Source: Clostridia bacterium
GTDB taxonomy: Bacteria; Bacillota; Clostridia; UMGS1883
DNA: 19,867 nt
Direction: 5' to 3'
Assembly: GCA_051866635.1 (NCBI GenBank)
Contig: JBJDXJ010000008.1
Location: 1-19,867, forward strand
The notes under the pieces were generated by a model. It made no database searches. It was not told the origin of the DNA and saw only the letters and a list, made by a program, of their open reading frames with translations. This document shows positions 8,244 through 16,500 of this stretch, one piece after another. Position 1 is the first letter of the stretch; every line of letters starts with the position of its first letter. The position numbers were made by a program, and so were the translations under genes.

Positions 8244-8318
8244 TGGAGCGGAAGACGAGATTCGAACTCGCGACGTTCACCTTGGCAAGGTGACGCTCTA
8301 CCACTGAGCCACTCCCGC
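8244..8318 (-). tRNA. tRNA-Gly (GCC)
   Basis: GCGGGAGTGGCTCAGTGGTAGAGCGTCACCTTGCCAAGGTGAACGTCGCGAGTTCGAATCTCGTCTTCCGCTCCA. Cloverleaf, anticodon GCC, TTCGAAT T-loop, encoded CCA. Confidence 0.98.
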
Positions 8319-8331
8319 ATCAACAATAAGA

Positions 8332-8360
8332 ATTATAGCACGGAATAACTCATATGTCAA
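8332..8360 (-). promoter_or_regulatory. Consensus sigmaA promoter of tRNA-Gly
   Basis: TTGACA-N17-TATAAT with extended TGn and an A/T-tract UP-like region upstream. Confidence 0.9.
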
Positions 8361-8382
8361 CACCTTTTTTGAAAAAATTTAG

Positions 8383-8557
8383 AACAAAGTGTCTCCTCGC
8401 TTTTTACAATAGTTGCATCTAAAGCAAACAGAGGAGAAAACACTTTGTTACGCCATGTGCGTTTTCCGAGCGTGCGAGGAAATTCTCGCACGGCAATAGA
8501 ATAAAATATATATTATTTCATTATAGGAAATTAGAAATTTTCTATAATGAAATAATA
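8383..8557. repeat. Three consecutive unrelated inverted repeats
   Basis: AACAAAGTGT-CTCCTC...GAGGAG-ACACTTTGTT (8383-8449). CGTGCGAG/CTCGCACG (8471-8492). TATTATTTCATTATAG/CTATAATGAAATAATA (8511-8557). Confidence 0.7.
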
Positions 8558-8581
8558 AGGGCGGAAAAACTTCCGCCCTTA
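8556..8581 (-). terminator. Intrinsic terminator of the 1620-aa gene
   Basis: TAAGGGCGGAA-N4-TTCCGCCCTTA stem followed on the - strand by TTATTTC, 20 nt after the stop codon. Confidence 0.75.
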
Positions 8582-8601
8582 AATTAAATTATTTTAGTGG
8601 T

Positions 8602-11600
8602 TTATTCAGATTCTAAAACCTTCATTGTGATATCATCCACATACATTTCGCCCCACTTTTCGTTGCCGATATTGAAGGTTATTGCATTGATAGGATTGTT
8701 ATCCCAATCGTAGGAGTCCTTATCTACATAATTTTCCGTGTGAGTGATTTCTCTGTATCCATCATGGATAGACATAGTGATTGTTTTGTTGGAAGGACTT
8801 ACCTTAACTGTAAAGTAATAAAGAGAGCCTGCCATAAGAGCATCATTATAGTCATGGATATAGAAGCCCTTTTCGGGGTCATAGTAACCAACACCCTTGT
8901 GGTAGTCCTCACGAATAAGTCCGTCAGTTTCAATATCTCTTGCGATACCGCCATGGAAAATATGGGAGAGAACATTTCCGTCAAACCAACGTGTTCTTCT
9001 TAAGTATCCGTTTGTACCACGACCGTTTTCGTCTTGCCATACAACATTGTGCCTGAACTGGAATGCACAGGAGGAATTGTCAATGTCATTTGCATAGCCG
9101 GGAATATTGTTGGACAGTGAGAAACCGGCATTCTCGGTATTGTTCCAGCTCAATTCGTTAATATAGCGGATTGTAAACTTCAATTCAAAATCCTTACCAT
9201 TTGTGTCGGGAAGAGCATGTGATACCATTACACCGCCGTCAGCCTTGTGATAAAGGTGTAATGCTGTGTTTCCAAAGGGTGCCTTAATGATACCTGCGTA
9301 GCAGTCGGCTGTAAAAGCTTCGGCTCTGCCATCGTAATAGCGGTTGCCTACCCAACCGTTAAAGGTGTCTTCGCTACTGTCAAGTATGAGAAGCTCATTG
9401 CCTTCATAAGTGAAGTTCTCTTTGAAGATGTAACCGTCACCCTCTGTACTCATTGTAAAAGGTGTAGCCATAATTGAGCTGTAGGGATGTTCAATGCCCA
9501 TATTCCAGCAAAGAAGTTTTACCTTATCGCCTTCGGAGAATGTTCCGGTGTACTCAATTTCGGGCTTGATTTCATCGTCACCCATTCTTGACAAGCTTCC
9601 GTCCTCACGCTTGGGAGCTCCGATAATACCTGTCTGAGGAACGCTACGGGCAGGAACATTGATGTCCCTTTCCAGATATACGTCTATAAGAGTATTGTCT
9701 TTGTCGTAATGAGCAAGACCTGCGGTAACAGTGCCGTCACCTATGGAGATGTTTGTAATATTAAACTTTGCGGTAAGTGTTGCTTCGCCTGTGGGAAGGG
9801 CGTTAATCTTTTCACCATCAATATAAAGAGCGGCATCTGCAAACATTTCGGGGTCATCCTGTGTGATGAAACCGTCAGCTGCAAAGTCTGTCATAACACC
9901 TGTTTTGTACTCGTAGTTCATCCAGTAACGGTATTCGCCCTGTAACCACAAAAGACGAGGTCCAAGATTATCGCCATCTTCGTCCATTTTGTAGTTATAA
10001 ATGGCGTTAGGACGAGCATTACAAGCCTTAGAGTTTTCTGTTAATGCTTCTCGCTTTGTCCATGTTGCACCGTGGTCTTCACTTTCCCAACGGTAAATTT
10101 CAAACATATTGCCGTACTTACCCATTGTGGGGATGGAAAGGTAGATAACATTTGCATCCTTTGCATTGTGGTCAAGTGTTAAACCACCTGAGTAGCAGCG
10201 TTCTTGTGTTGCATTTTCATGCCACCATTTGCCACCGTATGTGAGGAAAGTTTTAACCCAAGTTTGTGTTTCGCTATCCCATCTTGCGTACCAGTAATAG
10301 TGGTGGCTACGAGAGTTGCCGTCAACTTCGCCAACGTACCATGTGGGAAGTGAACCGTCTTCACCGGGAGGAGTTGCAGTTACGTCAACATAAACGATGC
10401 AGGGCTCGCCTTTTTCATTGTGCATAATATCCCATGTCCAGCCACGGCGTTCAGCATTGCCTGTTCTGGGGTTAAAGGACTGACCTGTCTGTTCAGATGC
10501 ATCAAATACTAAAAGTTCGGGATAATCATTGACAAGGTCAACGGTTATAATACCCCACTGACCGTTTGTGCCTGATGCACCCTGTGTACGATAGGACTGC
10601 TGATTTTCAAAGGGAAGGGGCTGAAGCAGTCTGTCCTTAGCTGTGTACAAATTCTGATCCTCGATATCCAGATAAATATAGTAAATATGGTTTCTCTTGT
10701 CGTTGTCGGGATGGTTTGCCGTGAAAGTAATATAAATCTTGTTTCTTTCAAAGTCGTAGTCGTACTTTGTGTAGGGACGTCTGCCACTGTCGGTCTTACC
10801 GCCATCTGTTTTGGCATTGGGAGCATCGTTGCCATCATAAGTTGAGTAGCCGTAAGTTGTATTGGCAAACTGTGTCTGATTCATAATTGTTTCGCATTTG
10901 CCATTTTCATCGGGCATGGAGAACTTTGCAAATGTTGGCTTCCAGTGAACACCTCTCCAACCCATATAGATAACATCGTTACCGATGATGCCTTCATCAT
11001 CATGCACCATAAATACTGAGGGGTATGTTGCGTAGTAAACATTTGTATCATCGGGTGTTACGCTCTTACAAAGATAGAACTGTTCGTCATTCCACTCTGA
11101 AATGTCTTCAGGGTTCTTTGTAACACGGTAATACATATATGCTTCGTTGGTGTGCATTGAGTAAACTGCCATAATTCTACCATCGGGAAGAATTACTACA
11201 GCGGGGTTGTTATGGTCATCGCTTTCAAGTTTTTCGTGAATAACAACTCTCTTATATGTGTCGTTGTCGTGGTCATATTCACCGATAACGATGTCACCGC
11301 CATCTTCAACCCAACCCATATAGGTTTTGTCGTGCTTAAATTCATATCCGCCTGTGGAATACAAACCGCTCTGATAGCGTGTTGCAAGCTCGTCACCGGG
11401 CTGAATATGTGTACCGGAAGGTTCAACATACCAGTTCCAGCCACCGTTGTTTGTAACAACTGTGTTTTCACTTGTTTTGGGAAGATTGGTAACTTCACGT
11501 ACTTTAACGGTAGCTGTTATTGTTGTGTAAGAAAGACCTTCGACTACGCCTGTAACGATGTATTCGCCTACAGTATCCTTCTTTACTGTTGAAGTGTCCC

Positions 11601-13464
11601 AGTCGATTGCACAGTTAATGCTCTGAGCGTCAGAGAATGTAATGTTAACTGTATTGGGAAGGTTAATTGTTGTGTCCCCCTGAACAAGTACAGTTACGAT
11701 TTCGTTATAGGAAGAAAGTGTTACTTCGTTATAACGGACATTTAAAGTAGAATCGCCTGTTACCTTAATGGAAGGAGCATAGTTAACGTCCTCCATTATG
11801 TAAAGGACACCGCTATTCTCTAAGAGCTTGGGAAGGTAAGAAGCTGTATAAGTGCTGCCTGTTGTACACTTAAGAGTGTATTCATCAGCAACTGTTTTGC
11901 CATCCTCATCAACAGGGGAAACAGTAATCAAGCTGTAGCCGTCCACCCAATGACCGAGATGTTTTTTCATTGTCATTGTGCCTGAGAAGAACATCCTGTC
12001 AACTGTTGTAAGGGTGCTGTTACGGAATGCAGCATCCTCGCAAACAGCCTTAAAGCTGTCGCCGTCCGCACTTATGTAAAGTGAATATTTTTTGTTTGTA
12101 ACGTCAATTTTTGTTCTTAAAACATAATTAACGCCGTATTCGCATACTACATCAGACTGTTTCCAACTGCCATCGTGGTATTCAAATACATAGCTGTCTC
12201 CAACCTGTGAGGAGAACATACGAAGGAGTGCACCGCAACCTGCAAAGCTGCTTGTTGTGCCGTCACCGTAGCAGATAAGCTTGTTTGTGCCGTCTGTTAC
12301 AGTAAATTCAGTGTCGAAAATAACGTTTCCGCCGCCAATGGAAAGAGCTAAATCGTTATATGTACCAAAGTTTGCACCGTCCGATGAGTCACCTGATGAG
12401 TCAAAGGTGGTGAGCTTGCTGTCACAGGAAAGAACGGGAACTTCTTTTGTGGCTGAAATGCTGTACAAATCAGCTACGTATTTTCCATCAGATTCCTTTG
12501 CCCAAGTAACGGGTACAACTACTTCTTCGCCATCTACCGTCACAACAGAAAGGCTCTTTGGAAGGGCAGGACTGCCACCTGAAATCATTGGAAGAACTTC
12601 AAAATCAGTATCGGCAGATTTAACTGTGATGGGCTTATATTCCACATCAATGTCGTTTTCGCCGGCTGTTAATGTAACCTTTTCAATTGCATCACGCACA
12701 TAGAAAGTATTATCCGTGTCAATAACAAAGGGTGCAACTTCATCTGTCACTTCAAATTCGTTGCCTGAATAAAGACCTGTAAATTCTTTACTGTAATTTA
12801 ACTTTCCATCAGTAGAGGTGATCTTCACATTTACTGACGCTTCACTGCCGTATTCAAGTGAAAGCGTGGGAACATTTCCGCTATCGCTGACACCGTAAAA
12901 GCCGATCATACCTTTCAAAGAGAACTGGTCATCACGGTTTGTAAGCATAATGCCTACGCCTTCGGCATCGGGATAAGCCTCAAAGTATTCTGTAAGGTCA
13001 ACATCGATTGACACAGGGTATGTATAATCGCCCTGTGACTTAACAGCAGAGGGGGGAGTGAAAGACGTAAGCAAAATGTCACTTGTAGGTGCCTGACTGC
13101 CGTCAACCTTGGAGTAATCTACCGCGTAAATGTTTACGCCCGAATTACTCTCGTTCATGTTTTGTGTTTTTGAAATTGTCAGGTTCAGCGTTGCCTTTGA
13201 AATGTGCTGACCTGTTAGGTCAACATCGCCAAAGGGGAAAGCAATATAACCTGTTCTGTAGCCGTCTGAGCTACTTGCCCAAGAAAGGGCATAAGGACGG
13301 TTAGGGTAACCGTGCATTGTAACTGCACCGTTTTTAGTAGATGCGTAGGTGTAGCTGACTGATGCTGTAAGCTTGGCTTCAGCGGCACTTGTAACAATGG
13401 GAAGTGCCGTGAAAATACTTAACACCATAGACAAAGCTACTATCATAGATAAGACTTTTTTCAT
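8602..13464 (-). CDS. Large secreted multidomain protein A: DNRLRE/CBM96-like N-terminus, Ig-like (Big_4-like) and lectin-like modules, BNR_4-type beta-propeller. Putative carbohydrate-active enzyme.
   Basis: Sec signal peptide (MKK...TSA-AE) and AAGGAGG RBS. GYIAF..D...ISKATLNL...PTLSLEY N-domain. LPNTVNITFSD..IDW..GEYIVTG Ig domain. Propeller motifs GGWNW, DDHNNP, TYP, RPYTKY, HPD, YSGG and Asp-box SEDHGATW. Confidence 0.8.
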   Translation of the reverse strand: MKKVLSMIVALSMVLSIFTALPIVTSAAEAKLTASVSYTYASTKNGAVTMHGYPNRPYALSWASSSDGYRTGYIAFPFGDVDLTGQHISKATLNLTISKTQNMNESNSGVNIYAVDYSKVDGSQAPTSDILLTSFTPPSAVKSQGDYTYPVSIDVDLTEYFEAYPDAEGVGIMLTNRDDQFSLKGMIGFYGVSDSGNVPTLSLEYGSEASVNVKITSTDGKLNYSKEFTGLYSGNEFEVTDEVAPFVIDTDNTFYVRDAIEKVTLTAGENDIDVEYKPITVKSADTDFEVLPMISGGSPALPKSLSVVTVDGEEVVVPVTWAKESDGKYVADLYSISATKEVPVLSCDSKLTTFDSSGDSSDGANFGTYNDLALSIGGGNVIFDTEFTVTDGTNKLICYGDGTTSSFAGCGALLRMFSSQVGDSYVFEYHDGSWKQSDVVCEYGVNYVLRTKIDVTNKKYSLYISADGDSFKAVCEDAAFRNSTLTTVDRMFFSGTMTMKKHLGHWVDGYSLITVSPVDEDGKTVADEYTLKCTTGSTYTASYLPKLLENSGVLYIMEDVNYAPSIKVTGDSTLNVRYNEVTLSSYNEIVTVLVQGDTTINLPNTVNITFSDAQSINCAIDWDTSTVKKDTVGEYIVTGVVEGLSYTTITATVKVREVTNLPKTSENTVVTNNGGWNWYVEPSGTHIQPGDELATRYQSGLYSTGGYEFKHDKTYMGWVEDGGDIVIGEYDHDNDTYKRVVIHEKLESDDHNNPAVVILPDGRIMAVYSMHTNEAYMYYRVTKNPEDISEWNDEQFYLCKSVTPDDTNVYYATYPSVFMVHDDEGIIGNDVIYMGWRGVHWKPTFAKFSMPDENGKCETIMNQTQFANTTYGYSTYDGNDAPNAKTDGGKTDSGRRPYTKYDYDFERNKIYITFTANHPDNDKRNHIYYIYLDIEDQNLYTAKDRLLQPLPFENQQSYRTQGASGTNGQWGIITVDLVNDYPELLVFDASEQTGQSFNPRTGNAERRGWTWDIMHNEKGEPCIVYVDVTATPPGEDGSLPTWYVGEVDGNSRSHHYYWYARWDSETQTWVKTFLTYGGKWWHENATQERCYSGGLTLDHNAKDANVIYLSIPTMGKYGNMFEIYRWESEDHGATWTKREALTENSKACNARPNAIYNYKMDEDGDNLGPRLLWLQGEYRYWMNYEYKTGVMTDFAADGFITQDDPEMFADAALYIDGEKINALPTGEATLTAKFNITNISIGDGTVTAGLAHYDKDNTLIDVYLERDINVPARSVPQTGIIGAPKREDGSLSRMGDDEIKPEIEYTGTFSEGDKVKLLCWNMGIEHPYSSIMATPFTMSTEGDGYIFKENFTYEGNELLILDSSEDTFNGWVGNRYYDGRAEAFTADCYAGIIKAPFGNTALHLYHKADGGVMVSHALPDTNGKDFELKFTIRYINELSWNNTENAGFSLSNNIPGYANDIDNSSCAFQFRHNVVWQDENGRGTNGYLRRTRWFDGNVLSHIFHGGIARDIETDGLIREDYHKGVGYYDPEKGFYIHDYNDALMAGSLYYFTVKVSPSNKTITMSIHDGYREITHTENYVDKDSYDWDNNPINAITFNIGNEKWGEMYVDDITMKVLESE

Positions 13465-13496
13465 GGATAATCCTCCTTATGAAATTTGTTGATTAT

Positions 13497-13525
13497 ATTA
13501 TACTATTACAGGTTGAATTTGTCAA
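13497..13525 (-). promoter_or_regulatory. Consensus sigmaA promoter of gene A
   Basis: TTGACA (13525-13520)-N17-TATAAT (13502-13497). Confidence 0.85.
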
Positions 13526-13528
13526 CAA

Positions 13529-13545
13529 TTGTGAATGTTGCACAA
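13529..13545. promoter_or_regulatory. Candidate operator palindrome TTGTG-N7-CACAA
   Basis: TTGTGAATGTTGCACAA lies 3 bp upstream of the -35 box. The regulator is unknown. Confidence 0.4.
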
Positions 13546-13580
13546 AAAATAACACGGTGAAATTTTCACCGTGTTATTTT
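13544..13580 (-). terminator. Intrinsic terminator of the 1780-aa gene
   Basis: Near-perfect palindrome AAAATAACACGGTGAAA-T-TTTCACCGTGTTATTTT with a T tract on the - strand, 10 nt after the stop codon. Confidence 0.85.
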
Positions 13581-13590
13581 GGGAAATTAC

Positions 13591-16500
13591 TTAGTCCATA
13601 ATTTCAACTGTGACGTCATCAATATAGATTTCGCCCCATTTGTCATTACCTACAGAGAATGTAAGTGTGTCTATGGGGTTATTGTCCCAATCGTAAGTAG
13701 TTGCATCAACATAGCTTTCTGTATGATAAACAGTTCTGTGACCGTCAAAGATAGAGAAGCTTATTGTCTTATTTGAAGGAGACACATCGATTGTCACTTC
13801 GTAGTTACTGCCTGTCATAAGAGCGTCGTATTCGTTGCCACGTCCGTATTCGGAGTAGATACCGCTGTCAAATATCCAGCTTAAACCGCCACCGTCAAAC
13901 CAACGTGTTCTTCTCAGGTAACCTGTTGTGCCTCTGCCGTTGTAGTGACGCCATGAGGATGCATGTCTGAACTGGATTGCACAAGGTGTAGCATCACCAT
14001 CGTTAAAAATAGGAACACCGTGAGAAAGTGTAAAGCCTGCATTTGTTGTGTTGTTCCAGCTCATTTCGTCAATATAACGCATGCTGAATTTAATCTGATA
14101 ATCCTTACCATTTGTGTCGGGAAGAGCGTGGGATGCCATAACTGCACCGCTGCCTGTAGCACCGCCACTGCCTACATGGTAAAGATGAAGCCCTGTGTTG
14201 CCGAAGGGTGCCTTTGTGATAGCCGCATAGCTGTGTGTACCGAATGCGGCATCGTCACCGTTGTAAGCCTTTCCAATCCATCCGTTGAAGTTTTCACCGT
14301 TTTCATCTAAGATAAGTTTTTCTGTTCCTTCGTATGTGAATGTTTCTGCAAAAGCATACTTATTGCCTGCTGTACTCATTTCAAATACAACGCTTGTAAT
14401 GTCGCTCATGGGATGTTCAATGCCTCTGTTCCAAGCAAGGAGCTTAACACTGTCGCCTTCGTTAAAGGTGGCTGTGTATTTGATTTCAACGATAACTTCT
14501 TCGTCACCCATTGTGGAGAGAGAACCGTCCTCGGTTTTAGGAGCACCTATCATACCAATCTGAGGTACGCTACGTGCAGGAATTGTTTCATTTACTGTCT
14601 TAACTTCAACTAATGCACCATCTTTGTTGTAGTGTGCAAGGGCTGTGAGAACACTGCCGTCGCCGATGGAAATGTTTGTAATGTTAAACTTACCTACAAT
14701 AGTTACATCGTCACCAACGGGAAGTGTATCAACCTTTTCGCCGTTTACCAAAAGTGCCGCATCAGCAAACATTTCAGGATCGTCCTGTGTGATAAAGCCG
14801 TCATCTGCCCAGTCGGTCCATACGCCTGTCTTGTATTCGTAGTTCATCCAGTAACGGTATTCGCCGCTCTTCCACAAAAGTCTTGGACCTGCATGGTTGC
14901 CATCTTCGTCAACTTTGTAGTTGTAAATAGCGTTGGGACGTGCATTGTTAATCTTGGAGTTCTGTGTGATAGGTTCACGTATTGTCCATGTTGCACCATG
15001 GTCGTCAGACTCCCAACGATAAATTTCAAATATGTTACCGTATTCACCCATTGTGGGGATAGAAAGATAAATTACGTTAGCATCTTCTGCGTTATGGTCA
15101 AATGTAAGACCACCTGAGTAACAACGTTCCTGTGTTGCATTTTCATGCCACCACTTGCCGCCGTATGTAAGGAATGTTTTAACCCAGGTTTCAGTATCAC
15201 TGTCCCATCTTGCGTACCAGTAATAATGGTGGCTACGTGTGGAGTCGTTAACGGAAGGACCGTACCATGTAGGTAATTCTCCGTTTTCGCCGGGTGCTGT
15301 TGCAGTTACGTCAACGTAAACGATACAGGGTTCACCCTTCTTGTTTACCTTGATGTCCCATGTCCAGCCGCGGCGTTCACCGCCTGAAGTTATCTGCTCA
15401 TTGGCATCAAAAACTAAAAGTTCGGGATATGTGCCAACCAATTTGTTGGTAATAACACCCCACTGACCGTTTGTGCCATCAGCACCTTGCGTGACATATT
15501 CAGCCTTGTTTTCAAAGGGAAGAGGCTGTAAGTATGTTCCCTTTGCAGTATAAAGGTTTTGGTCGGTAATATCAAGTGTTACGTAGTAAATGTGGTTGTT
15601 TACATCATTGTCGGGATGGTTTGCTGTAAATGTAATGTAGATTTTGTTTCTGTCAAAGTCATAATCGTACTTTGTATAAGGTCTTCTGCCGCCGTCGTTA
15701 CGTCCACCATCATCGTAGGAGTAATAGGAGGTGTTTGCAAACTGTGTCTGACCCATAATAGTCTGAATAACACCATTTTCATCGGGCATTGAGAACTTGG
15801 CAAGTGTGGGCTTCCAGTGAACGCCTCTCCAACCTACGTATATAACATCGTTACCCTCTATGCCGCAGTCGTCATGTACCATAAATACCGTGGGATATGT
15901 TGCGTTGTAGGTGGTGTTGTCGGGCTCTGTGTAGCAATAGTAATACTGCCAAGGATTCCATTCGGAAATATCTTCGGGATTCTTTGATACGCAGTAGTAC
16001 ATTCTGTTTTCTGTTGTGTGTTTGGAGTAGAATACCATAATTCTGCCATCGGGAAGAACTACAACAGCAGGGTTATTGTGGTCATCTGCTTCCAAAAATT
16101 CGTGGATAACAACTCTCTTGTATTCGTCTGTGTCGTGGTCGTATTCGCCAACTACAATAGTACCTTCGTCTTCAACCCAGCCCATGTAGGTCTTGTCGTG
16201 CTTAAATACATAACCGTTGTTAGAGGAGTACTGACCGGATTCGTATCTGGTTGCAAGTGCGTCACCGGGCTGAATGTGAGTACCTGAGGGTTCAACATAC
16301 CAGTTCCAGCCACCATTGTTTGTAACAACTGTGTTTTCGGTTGTCTTGTCGAGTATTTCAAGGTCACGGACATTTACTGTTGCCTTTGCTTTCATTTCAA
16401 TGCCGTCAATAGTACCGATAGCTTCATATTCACCGATAATTTCCGTGTTAACAGCTGTTGTGTCCCATACTACGTTGTAGAGAATTTTCTGACCGTCGGA

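Noticed and set aside
8119-8304. 61-aa ORF MVERHLAKVNVASSNLVFRS
   Set aside because: A spurious translation of tRNA-Gly and its terminator.
8029-8581. CRISPR array
   Set aside because: The repeats are inverted and heterogeneous, with no regular repeat-spacer period and no cas genes.
13529-13545. Rex operator
   Set aside because: Rex sites are TTGTGAA-N4-TTCACAA (18 bp). This site is 17 bp with a different right arm.
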